A DNA stretch of 64,000 bases, taken from NCBI GenBank assembly GCA_044226625.1, contig JBGAGQ010000006.1, positions 32,001 through 96,000 of the forward strand. Direction: 5' to 3'. The stretch comes from Thermoanaerobaculia bacterium. GTDB lineage: Bacteria > Acidobacteriota > Thermoanaerobaculia > Multivoradales > UBA5704. Position numbers and translations under genes: made by a program. Under the pieces are notes generated by a model, which saw only the letters and a program-made list of their open reading frames with translations, was not told where the DNA came from and ran no database searches. Of the stretch, positions 9,667 to 18,424 are shown piece after piece (position 1 is the stretch's first letter; the number at the start of each line of letters is the position of its first letter).

Positions 9667-10395
9667 TCATCGGACGGCGGAAACCCGGCTCGCGACCCCG
9701 CGCAGATCGCGTAGCGCGTCCACGGTCCGGCCGCTCCGATCCAGCCGAAACGCGTTGACCATCCCGGCGGCGAGCGCTCCCTCACAATCCTCGACCGGAT
9801 GATCGCCGACGTGGATCGCTCGTTCCGGGGGGATCCCGAGACGCGCGAGCGCGTAGTCGAAGATCCGCCGGTCGGGTTTTTCCGCCCCGGCATCGCCCGA
9901 GGTCACGACGGTCTCGAAGGAATCGAAAAGCTCCAGGCCCCGGAGCACGGCGGGCAGCCGCTCGTCCCAGTTCGAGATCACGGCCAGCCGAAATCCTCGC
10001 TCCCGAAGGTCGGCGAGAACCGCCGGCACCTCCTCGTAGACCTCCCAGGAGTCGGCCCGCGCAAAACGGGAGAACAGCTCGGCCGCCGCGAAACGGGACG
10101 GCGGGGGCGCCTCCAACCGCTCGGCGAATCGCTCGATGAAGCGGAGCCACCAACCTCGCGCACCTCCCGGGTGAGAGGTGAAGCGATCCTGCTCGGGGTT
10201 GGCGAGGCAGGCCAGCTCCTGCCAGACCTCGCGCACCAGCCGGCGCGCCGGTCCGGGCGCGACCTCGATACCGTGGCGGCCGAGAATCTCGGAATAGATC
10301 TCGCCCAGGCGGGGGGCGTAAAAGAGAGTTCCCGTGGCGTCGAACGTGATCGCTTCGACGCTCGGTCCCCGCGCGGGAAACGAGAGGGTGCCCAC
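9667..10395 (-). CDS. HAD-superfamily hydrolase (subfamily IA)
   Basis: FDATGTL, ISNWD, EKPD and VGDHPVED motifs. Confidence 0.88.
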   Translation of the reverse strand: MGTLSFPARGPSVEAITFDATGTLFYAPRLGEIYSEILGRHGIEVAPGPARRLVREVWQELACLANPEQDRFTSHPGGARGWWLRFIERFAERLEAPPPSRFAAAELFSRFARADSWEVYEEVPAVLADLRERGFRLAVISNWDERLPAVLRGLELFDSFETVVTSGDAGAEKPDRRIFDYALARLGIPPERAIHVGDHPVEDCEGALAAGMVNAFRLDRSGRTVDALRDLRGVASRVSAVR

Positions 10396-10444
10396 GAAGG
10401 AACGATACCCCTACGCCGGAGCGAGCGTGATACCGTGCCGGCCG

Positions 10445-10630
10445 ATGCTCGGAAAGATCTCCTCCAAGCTGCCCCCCACCTGGGGGGCGGCGCTGGCGCT
10501 CTCGGCCTTCTCTGGATGGCTCGCCGCCCTGTTCTGGGGTGCATTTTTCGGCGGGGCAGCCCATCTTCTCCTGGTCTTTGCCGCGATGCTCTTCCCCTGG
10601 AGGTCGATCGCGCCTTCGGAGCCGGCATGA
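10445..10630 (+). CDS. Small hypothetical membrane protein (61 aa)
   Basis: Two hydrophobic segments; TGnTACCGT -10-like element 8 nt upstream of the ATG. Confidence 0.4.
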   Translation: MLGKISSKLPPTWGAALALSAFSGWLAALFWGAFFGGAAHLLLVFAAMLFPWRSIAPSEPA

Positions 10631-10664
10631 CCTTGGGAACCCCGCGCGAGAAGGCGCCCCGGCC

Positions 10665-11873
10665 TCACTCGTAGCGCAACGCTTCGATCGGATCGAGACC
10701 GGCCGCCTTTCGCGCCGGATAGAGACCGAAGAAAACCCCTACTGCGGCTGAGAAGGAGAAGGCCAGGATCACCGCCGCCGGGACCACCTCGGCGTTCCAG
10801 CCCGCGAAGCGCCGTACCCCTTCCGCCGCGCCGAAGCCGATCAGAATACCGATGGCGCCGCCAGCGAGGCAGAGCACCAGGGCCTCGATCAGGAACTGCA
10901 TCAGGATGTCGCGCTTCCTGGCTCCGAGCGCCTTGCGCACTCCGATTTCACGCGTCCGCTCGGTCACCGAGACGAGCATGATGTTCATGATCCCGATGCC
11001 GCCGACCAAGAGCGAGACGAGCGCGATTCCGGCGAGCAGATAGGAAAACGTCTTGGTCGTCGCCTCGAACGTCGACATGAGGGTCGCCTGGTTGCGGATC
11101 GAAAAATCGCTCTGCTCCGCGGGCCGTAAGCGATGCTCCCGCCGCAAGACGCTATCGATCTCCGCGATCGCGTCGTTCATCTGCCGCTCCGAGGCGGCCT
11201 GGACGTAGATGGCGTTCACCCGGTCGTCGCCGAAGATCCGAAACTGCGCCGTGGCGAGCGGCACGTAGAGCCCGTCGTCCGGGCTCGAGAAGCCGACCGA
11301 GCCCTTCTCGGCGAAGATGCCGATGACGGTGAACGGCACCCCGCCGATCCGCACCGTCTGATCGAGCAGCTCGCCGTTGGTGGTCTGCAGCTTGTCCGCG
11401 ACCGTCGCTCCGAGCAGGACGACGCGGCGCCTGCCGCGCTCCTCGGCGTCGGTGAACAGACGCCCCGCCCCGAGCTCGAAGTTCTGAATCGAGAAATAGC
11501 TCGGCCAGACGCCGGAAACCTGCAGGTTGGCGTTCGCCTCGCCGAACTCGACCTGCACCCGGCGCTGCATCTCGGGTGAGGCGGAGGCGATCGCGCGCGG
11601 GGAGCGCAGGAGCGCGCGCGCCTCGTCGGGACGGAGCCGCGTGTCGCCGCGGTCGACTCCGCCGCGCATCTCCTGGCCGGGACGGATGGTGAGCACGTTC
11701 GTGCCCAGCGTCCTCAGCCGCGCCTCGACCGCCCGCTGCGCGCCTTCGCCGAGCGCGACCATCGTGATCACCGAGGCGATCCCGATGATGATCCCCAGAG
11801 CGGTCAGGAACGAGCGGAGCTTGTTGGCGCGAATCGCGGCCAAGGCGACACGGAGGATCTCGGTAATCAGCAT
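10665..11873 (-). CDS. MacB-like/FtsX-family ABC permease (no ATPase domain)
   Basis: NKLRSFLTALGIIIG, GGIGIMNIMLVSVTERTREIGVRKALGA and DPIEALRYE. Confidence 0.92.
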   Translation of the reverse strand: MLITEILRVALAAIRANKLRSFLTALGIIIGIASVITMVALGEGAQRAVEARLRTLGTNVLTIRPGQEMRGGVDRGDTRLRPDEARALLRSPRAIASASPEMQRRVQVEFGEANANLQVSGVWPSYFSIQNFELGAGRLFTDAEERGRRRVVLLGATVADKLQTTNGELLDQTVRIGGVPFTVIGIFAEKGSVGFSSPDDGLYVPLATAQFRIFGDDRVNAIYVQAASERQMNDAIAEIDSVLRREHRLRPAEQSDFSIRNQATLMSTFEATTKTFSYLLAGIALVSLLVGGIGIMNIMLVSVTERTREIGVRKALGARKRDILMQFLIEALVLCLAGGAIGILIGFGAAEGVRRFAGWNAEVVPAAVILAFSFSAAVGVFFGLYPARKAAGLDPIEALRYE

Positions 11874-11895
11874 GGCGTTCGATTCCAATCGGCCC

Positions 11896-13386
11896 CTAGC
11901 GGGGCGGTCCTCCGGAGCGTCCGGAACCGCCTCCGGAGCTGCCGCCCGTCGCGCCGAATCCGGTCGTTTGGCGCATCCGGTCGCTGAACCGCTGCTGCTG
12001 CTGTTGCATGCGAGCCACCGAGATCAGGTAGACCGAATCGCCCGGCACGACCCCGGACAGCACCTCTGTGAAATCCCAGTCCGAGACCCCGAGCCGTACG
12101 GCGCGGGCCTCGGGGCCCGACGCACCCCGGACGAAGACGAAACCGGGCTGCCCCGGCTCACTTCCGTCCGGCGCGCCGGACGAATTCGCGGCTGGCACTG
12201 CGCCCGCCGAGTTTTCCGGCGCAGCCGGCCCGCTCCGGCCCGCGGACGAATCCCCTCCCCGTCGGAAGCCGCCGGACCGGCCTTCGGCACCGGAAGACCC
12301 GCCCGGCCGTTCGCCCCCTGAACCGCTTCGCGTGCCCGAATCGCCGCGGGGGCCGCGACCGGAGCCGCCGCGCCCTCCCGGACCGAGCTTGGACCGAAGC
12401 GAGGCGGCGTCGAGGCCGAGCATCGTCCCGACCGAAACCAGATCCTTGAACGCCACGACGGAGGAATTGGGAACCGCGGTGACGTTCTCGCGTTGGGCGA
12501 TCGCGACCGAGACCTCGGCGTTCATCCCCGGCTTGAGCAGCCCTTCGGGGTTCTTGAGGCTCACCAGCACGGGGAACATCGTGATGTTCTGATCGACTAC
12601 CGCGAGCGGCTCGATCTTCTCGACCACGCCGCGGAAGACCCGGCCGGGATACGCCTCGACCGTCACCTCGACCGGCTGCTCCGCATGAATGCGACCGATG
12701 TCCACCTCGTCGACCAACGCCCGCGCCTGCATGGTGCCGAGATCGGCCATCTTGACGAGTGTCGTTCCGCCGGAGACGTTGCCGCTCGCCGAGGTGACGA
12801 TCTGCCCCTGCTCGACCGTCCGCTCGATGATCGTGCCGGAGATGGGGGCGCGGATCTTCACGTCGCCGAGCCTCTCCCGCGCGAGCTCGAGGTTGGTCTG
12901 CGCCTTGAGCAGATCGGCTTTCGCGTTGGTCGCCGCGAGGTCCGCCGTCTCTTGGTCCTGCGCCGAGATGACCCCCTGGCCGAACAGCCGGTCCGCCCGC
13001 CGCGCCTGCGCCGAGGTGGTTGCCACCCGGGCCTTGGCGACCTCGAGATCCGCCGTGGCCTGCTCGAACGCGTTGTTGACGTCGCGCGGATCGATCTCGG
13101 CGAGCAGGGAACCCGCCGAGACCTGCTGATTGGTGTCGGCGATCAGGCGTTGGAGCTCGCCCGCGACCCTCGATTTGACCTCGACCACCTTCAGGGGCTG
13201 GATGGTCCCCGCCGCCTCGGCGCGGACGTCGATGTCACGGGTTTCGACCTTGGCGATCTCGGGCGGCGCCGCGTCGGCAGAGGCTCTCGCTCGCTCCTTG
13301 CACGCGTTGGCCAGGAAGACGGCGGCCAGGACCAAAATCGAAAGTCCGATTCGTTTCGGACGAAAAGTTCGGCGACGCGATGGCAT
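11896..13386 (-). CDS. MacA-like periplasmic adaptor subunit
   Basis: VEVKSRVAG, IRAPISGTI, VDEVDIGRI and LLKPGMNAEV; Gly/Arg-rich insertion. Confidence 0.9.
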   Translation of the reverse strand: MPSRRRTFRPKRIGLSILVLAAVFLANACKERARASADAAPPEIAKVETRDIDVRAEAAGTIQPLKVVEVKSRVAGELQRLIADTNQQVSAGSLLAEIDPRDVNNAFEQATADLEVAKARVATTSAQARRADRLFGQGVISAQDQETADLAATNAKADLLKAQTNLELARERLGDVKIRAPISGTIIERTVEQGQIVTSASGNVSGGTTLVKMADLGTMQARALVDEVDIGRIHAEQPVEVTVEAYPGRVFRGVVEKIEPLAVVDQNITMFPVLVSLKNPEGLLKPGMNAEVSVAIAQRENVTAVPNSSVVAFKDLVSVGTMLGLDAASLRSKLGPGGRGGSGRGPRGDSGTRSGSGGERPGGSSGAEGRSGGFRRGGDSSAGRSGPAAPENSAGAVPAANSSGAPDGSEPGQPGFVFVRGASGPEARAVRLGVSDWDFTEVLSGVVPGDSVYLISVARMQQQQQRFSDRMRQTTGFGATGGSSGGGSGRSGGPPR

Positions 13387-13541
13387 CTTCGATGTTCCTC
13401 TTGGGCTCCGGCCGAAAAGAAGGTGAAAGGGAGTCGAACCGACCCCACGGTCCGGGAGTCTAAACCTCGAAAGCAGGCAAAACGTTCCGCCGGCCCCGTG
13501 CTAGTCTGTTGGCATACAAGAATCGCACCGGAGGATTCATC

Positions 13542-13859
13542 ATGTCGAAGCGCCTGCTTCGGATCGCCCCGATGGCTCTTTTCGCTTTCACGCTCTGTCT
13601 CGCCGGTTGCGACAAGCTCAGCTCGCTCGGATCGGGTTCGAAGAAGGATCCGGAAACGGCGGGCGCCGCCGACTCCTCCAACGCCTCGGCCCGGGCCGAC
13701 CTCGACCGGAAGATCGATGACAAGAAGGCCGAGATCGACCGCGCGACCGCCGACATCGCGAACCAGACCGAAGAGCAGGCAAAGATCGACGCGGTCAACA
13801 AGCTCGAGTCGCTCCGCCAGGAGCTGAATGACCTGGTCGAGCAACGCGGCCGGATGTAG
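13542..13859 (+). CDS. Small coiled-coil lipoprotein
   Basis: GGAGG RBS, signal peptide with LAGC lipobox, charged heptad-like C-terminus. Confidence 0.75.
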   Translation: MSKRLLRIAPMALFAFTLCLAGCDKLSSLGSGSKKDPETAGAADSSNASARADLDRKIDDKKAEIDRATADIANQTEEQAKIDAVNKLESLRQELNDLVEQRGRM

Positions 13860-13890
13860 AGCCCTCGCCTCCCGTACAATCCGGGCCGTC

Positions 13891-14955
13891 ATGGCCTGGT
13901 TTCGACGCAAGTTCCGGCTCACCGCCTGTGCCACCACCGGCGGCTGAGCGGCCAAGGTAGGTCCGGGGGACCTCTCCGACCTGCTGGGCCCGCTCGCGCG
14001 ATCGACGCAAGTCAAGGGATCGCCGAGCTCGGGGGATGGTGTGCTCATCGGGCCGGAAACCGGCGACGACGCGGGGGTTTTCTCCCTCGGCGGGCGGGCG
14101 CTCGTGGCGACCGCCGATTTCATCACGCCGGTCTGCGACGACCCGTTCCGCTTCGGCCGGATCGCCGCGGCGAACTCGCTTTCGGACGTCTACGCGATGG
14201 GGGGTCGGCCGCTGTTCGCGCTCAACCTCTGCTGCTTCCCGGAAGAGGTTCCGAACGACGCGCTCGCAGGGATCCTCGCGGGAGCGAACGACGCGCTCGC
14301 CGAAGCGGGGGCGGCGCTCCTGGGCGGCCATTCGGTGCGCGATCCGGAGCTCAAGTTCGGACTCGCGGTGTTCGGCGAGGCCGCTCCGGACCGTCTGCTC
14401 GCCAACACCAACGCCCGGGCTGGGCAGCGCATGATCCTCACCAAGCCGCTCGGCACGGGGGTCCTGATCAACGCGTTCAAAGCCGACCGAATCGGCGAAC
14501 CCGATCTGGAGCCGGCCCTCGCCGAAATGGCGCGCCTAAACGCCGAAGGCGCCCGTCTGGCGCTCGACCATGGGGCGACGGCGGCCACCGACGTCACGGG
14601 CTTCGGCCTCGCCGGACACGCCTGGAACATCGCGCGCGAATCGAATCTCGCGCTACGCATCCGATTCGACCGGCTGCCGGTCCTCGACGGCTTCCTCCGG
14701 CTCACGAAAGCGGGGGTCACCACCGGCTGCACCGAGCTCAACGAGGAGAACGTCCGCGGTCACCTTCGAGTCGAGGCTCCGCTCGGCCCGGCCGAGCGCG
14801 CCGTTCTGTTCGACCCGCAGACCTCCGGAGGATTGCTGCTCTGCGTTCCGGCGAGCGCGGCCGAGGCGCTACTCGACGCGCTGCTCCGCTCCGGCCATCG
14901 CGCGGCCGAGATCGGCGAGGCGATCGAGGGTCCTGCGGGGATCGAGGTCGTTTAG
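13891..14955 (+). CDS. selD: Selenide, water dikinase; selenoprotein with Sec (UGA) at codon 19
   Basis: ATG 13891 reads MAWFRRKFRLTACATTGG-UGA(13945-13947)-AAKVGPGDL, in frame with track ORF 14041..14955 (DDAGV, ADFITP, NSLSDVYAMGG, GGHS, DVTGFGL, DPQTSGGLL). Confidence 0.95.
13959..13973 (+). promoter_or_regulatory. Putative SECIS hairpin of selD
   Basis: AGGTCC-GGG-GGACCT perfect stem starting 11 nt after the UGA. Confidence 0.7.
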
Positions 14956-14960
14956 GGAGA

Positions 14961-15629
14961 TTACTCCCCGAGCTTCGCCTTGAGCTCGGCGAGCGCCGCG
15001 GCAAGCTCCGCGACGCTCTTCTCCAGATCGCTCACGCGCTGAGAAAGCGGTACGGCCGCGGGCCCGGGCGGCGGCTCATCGACGTGGCGCATCGGCTCGA
15101 TCGGGGTCAGATCGATGGCGTTCGGATCGCCCACCCGGTGCCCCCAACGAATCTCTTTCTGGCCGGGACGCCGCGGCAACTCGACGAGCAGGGGCTCTTC
15201 CTCCGCCGCCATCGAGCGGAGCTTCGCCTCGACGTCTTCGAGCGAGGCGAACGTGTGCATCCGCTCGGTCCGCGTGCGCAGCTCGCCCACCGTCTGTGGT
15301 CCGCGCAGGAGGAGGATCGTCATCAACGCCTTGCCCGCCGAATCGAGCCCCCAGCGGCGGGAGACGCTCTGCTGCCAACGCTCCGTCCGCGCTCCTTCGC
15401 TACGCCAGACCAAGGTCTCGTGACGCAGGCGTTCCAGCGCGTCCCAGACCTGCGTCTCCGACAGATCGGTCACCGGCTCTCGGTTCGTCTTTTGATTGCA
15501 GGCGGCGATCAGGGCGTTGACGGTGAGCGGGTAGGTCTCGGGGGTGGTCTGCTCCTTCTCGAGCAGCGATCCGAGAACTCGAAGCTCGATCGAGTCGAAG
15601 GGGCGGGGGATGCGGGCGGACGAGCTCAT
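14961..15629 (-). CDS. YceH/DUF480 family protein
   Basis: RVLGSLLEKEQTTPETYPLTVNALIAACNQKTNREPV, LLLRGPQTVGELR and PGQKE. Confidence 0.9.
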   Translation of the reverse strand: MSSSARIPRPFDSIELRVLGSLLEKEQTTPETYPLTVNALIAACNQKTNREPVTDLSETQVWDALERLRHETLVWRSEGARTERWQQSVSRRWGLDSAGKALMTILLLRGPQTVGELRTRTERMHTFASLEDVEAKLRSMAAEEEPLLVELPRRPGQKEIRWGHRVGDPNAIDLTPIEPMRHVDEPPPGPAAVPLSQRVSDLEKSVAELAAALAELKAKLGE

Positions 15630-15684
15630 CATCCCAAGCCTATCCGATCCAACCCCGGACCGACCCCAGCCGTCCCGCCCGGTC

Positions 15685-15713
15685 TTGCCTTTCGCAGACA
15701 TCGATGTCACACT
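15685..15713 (+). promoter_or_regulatory. Candidate sigma70 promoter for csp with a palindrome in the spacer
   Basis: TTGCCT-17 nt-CACACT; perfect palindrome GACATCGATGTC at 15697-15708. Confidence 0.35.
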
Positions 15714-15954
15714 GGTACAAATTTCGTTTCGCAAAGGTAAGACGGAAGCCGCCGGAACTGCAGGCGAAGGCCCTCGAATCGTTTCCCTCCCACGCGCCAT
15801 GCCGTGCCTCGCCCCCGTGCCCGACCGAGCCTGAGACCTCCGATGAACGCTGTTTGGACTCGAGGATTTCCACTTTCGGCATCCACCATGCCGAAGGAGG
15901 AGTAGCTGCCGCGTTCGCGGCGATCGTCAACAACCCGCTGTAGGGAGCAAAGTC

Positions 15955-16161
15955 ATGGCCGAGCAGGGCACCGTGAAGTGGTTCAACGACGCGAAGGGAT
16001 ACGGGTTCATCGTGCGTGAGCATGGACCGGATGTCTTCGTCCACCACGCCTCGATCATCGCCGAGGGTTTCCGCACCTTGGGCGAGGGAGATCGCGTCTC
16101 CTTCGAGGTCGTCGAGGGGCCGAAGGGCCTCCAGGCGCGAAACGTCGTCAAGATTTCCTAA
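15955..16161 (+). CDS. Cold-shock protein (CspA family)
   Basis: [15 protein letters not shown] and DVFVH RNP motifs; GGGAG RBS. Confidence 0.96.
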   Translation: MAEQGTVKWFNDAKGYGFIVREHGPDVFVHHASIIAEGFRTLGEGDRVSFEVVEGPKGLQARNVVKIS

Positions 16162-16240
16162 GACCGCTTCGCGACGCGTGCCCCCGTCCCGCTCCAGGGC
16201 ACGGGCGACCGTTTTTTCTGCCTAGGAGTCAGCGGAACGA

Positions 16241-16265
16241 GCCTCGCCAGAAGGTCTGGCGAGGC
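16241..16265. terminator. Inverted repeat between convergent csp and kinase-TonB genes
   Basis: GCCTCGCCAGA-AGG-TCTGGCGAGGC, 11-bp stem. Confidence 0.55.
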
Positions 16266-16326
16266 CCGCTACGCCTTAGCTCTCTTTTCGTCGCGTCACG
16301 ACGCCGGCCGAGGGGCTCGCACCGGC

Positions 16327-18219
16327 CTACGGCTTGAAGGCGACCCGCAGAACGGTCCACATCCTCACCCGCACGCCGTCCTTGGTCGGCGGGTTGTAGG
16401 TCGCTCTCCGCGCGACGTCCACCGCCGCTTCGTCGAAGCCGTATCCCGCCCGAATGCTCGGCGGCTCGGTCTCCAGGACCTTGCCCCGCTCGTCGACCAG
16501 CACGCGCACGTCGACCGTCGCCGCCTTGTTCAGGCGCCGGGCCGCCGCCGGATAGGTCGGCTGAGGAAGACGGAGCAGCTTCGGCGTGACGACACCCGGA
16601 CCCGGCCGGACGAGATCCCCCACCTGCACCCTCGGGGCGGCCGGAGCCGGAGCGGGCGCCGGAGCGGATTCGACCGGAGCGGCGCGGACCGGCGCCGGTT
16701 CCGGCGCGGACGGCTGAGCTTGAACGGGGGCCGGAGCCGGAGCGGAGGACGCCGGGGCGGACGCCGGCTCCGCGGGACGGCTCGCCGCGCGAGGCGTTTC
16801 GGGCTCGGGCGACTCGATCGGGGCCGGGGCTGGAGCCGGAGCGCTCCCCCTTCCTCGGGTATCTTCGAGCTGCTTCTGAAGCTGCTTGAGCCGGTCGTCG
16901 TATTGCGTCTTGAGCTTGCTCTCGCTCGCTTGGATCTGCGCCTGTACCAGCTGGTCGATCTGCGCTTGGATCTGCTCCTGCGTCATGGCCGGCTGCGCCG
17001 GAGCCGGGGCGGGTACGGCGGCCGCGGCGGGTGCCGGTGGCGGGGCGGCGGCGGGAGTCGAGCGGCCCCGCATCATGAACCAGGCGCCGCCCCCCAGCAC
17101 GGCGAGAAGGACCGCGCCCACGGCGACGAAGATCATCGGGCTCTTGCCCGAGCCGCCGCGCGCCGCGGGAGGCGGAGTGGCGACCGGGGCCGCGCTGGCA
17201 GGCCGCGGGGAGGCCGCCGGCGCGGGCGCCGCTCCGGCGGTGACCACGGGGATCGCCACGGTGGCCGCCGAGGGCGGGCGAAGGTCGAGCTTCTTTTCCG
17301 CCGCGAGCTCCTGGTTCTCCTTCTCGATGTCCTCCCGGAAGAGGTTGTGCATGAAGAAGGCGAGGTTGAAGGTCGTCGGGCTGAAATGACCATCGCTCAT
17401 CAGCTTGGTGATCGCCTTGTGCCAGGTCCCGGCGTCGGCGATCCGCTTGTCGCGCGGTTCGAGGCTCCGCTTGATCAAATCGGCCACCGGCGGCGGAATC
17501 GGCGATCCGTCATGGGCGAGCACCGTCTGATCGACGCGCGCGTTGTACCCCTCGGGCGGGTTGTGGCGCATTCGCTCGCCGGTCAGGAGCTCGAAGAGGA
17601 TCGCGCCCAGCGACCAGCAATCGTCCGCTTTGGCGACCGGCGCGCCGGCGAGTGCTTCGGGAGCGAGATAGGACGAGAGCTCCGGATCGGAGACGCCTCC
17701 CACGTCGCGCAGGCCGGCGCCGACCTCGAAACCGAGGAGCCGCGCTTCCCCTTCGTTCGACACCATCACCAGATGCGGTACGACGCAGCCGTGGACCACC
17801 CGCTGATCGCCCACCCGGCTTTCCGCCGCCACGGAGAGGGCGAGCGCCAGGCGCTCGGAGATCAGCAGCGCGTGATCGGTCGGGATCGGCGACATGCGCC
17901 GCTCGGTCTGCGCGAAGATCGTCGCCAGGTTCTTGCCGGAGATGTAGTCGTAGGCGATGTACGGCTGGTTGCGCACCCGGCCGACGTCGACGCCGTTGCC
18001 GATGTTCGGGCTCTTCAAGGCCGCTTGGATCGCCTGCCCGTTGCCCATCTTCTGCCAGAGCTTGTTGCCGTCGATCCCCTTGCCGTTGAGCACCCGGAGG
18101 AGCGACACCTGCTCCAACCCCCGGGCGCCGACCTTGGCGGCGCGGAACGTCTCGCCGAGGGCGTCCTCGGACAGCTTCTTCAGTAGCAGGTAACTGCCAA
18201 ACTCCTCCGGGATGTTCAT
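16327..18219 (-). CDS. Ser/Thr pseudokinase - TM - Pro-rich linker - TonB C-terminal domain fusion
   Basis: Kinase C-lobe motifs YLAPE and DCWSLGAILFELLTG present, catalytic motifs degenerate. C-terminal YPAAARR..VLVDERGKV..GFDEAA TonB_C pattern. GAGGAG RBS before ATG 18219. Confidence 0.85.
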   Translation of the reverse strand: MNIPEEFGSYLLLKKLSEDALGETFRAAKVGARGLEQVSLLRVLNGKGIDGNKLWQKMGNGQAIQAALKSPNIGNGVDVGRVRNQPYIAYDYISGKNLATIFAQTERRMSPIPTDHALLISERLALALSVAAESRVGDQRVVHGCVVPHLVMVSNEGEARLLGFEVGAGLRDVGGVSDPELSSYLAPEALAGAPVAKADDCWSLGAILFELLTGERMRHNPPEGYNARVDQTVLAHDGSPIPPPVADLIKRSLEPRDKRIADAGTWHKAITKLMSDGHFSPTTFNLAFFMHNLFREDIEKENQELAAEKKLDLRPPSAATVAIPVVTAGAAPAPAASPRPASAAPVATPPPAARGGSGKSPMIFVAVGAVLLAVLGGGAWFMMRGRSTPAAAPPPAPAAAAVPAPAPAQPAMTQEQIQAQIDQLVQAQIQASESKLKTQYDDRLKQLQKQLEDTRGRGSAPAPAPAPIESPEPETPRAASRPAEPASAPASSAPAPAPVQAQPSAPEPAPVRAAPVESAPAPAPAPAAPRVQVGDLVRPGPGVVTPKLLRLPQPTYPAAARRLNKAATVDVRVLVDERGKVLETEPPSIRAGYGFDEAAVDVARRATYNPPTKDGVRVRMWTVLRVAFKP

Positions 18220-18320
18220 CGACTCCTCCTCGAGCGTACCGTCGGGTGAAGCTCCCGCCCGGCCTACTGGAGCCCGCGAACCCGGCGCAAAGCCCCTTTT
18301 CTGCAAATGAATTCCGGGCC

Positions 18321-18349
18321 TAGATACACCACCCCCCGAGGGCTGTCAA
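18321..18349 (-). promoter_or_regulatory. Candidate sigma70 promoter for the pseudokinase-TonB gene
   Basis: TTGACA-17 nt-TATCTA on the minus strand. Confidence 0.45.
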
Positions 18350-18424
18350 CCAAAAGACGGGGATCGGGCGGGTTGGGAGGCAGCCCTTTCGGAGCGGCCC
18401 TTCCGAAAGACGGCGGTCGGCCCG

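Noticed and set aside
13510-13527. Sigma54 promoter (TGGCAT...GC) before the lipoprotein gene
   Set aside because: The GG-to-GC spacing is 2 nt longer than the strict -24/-12 requirement.
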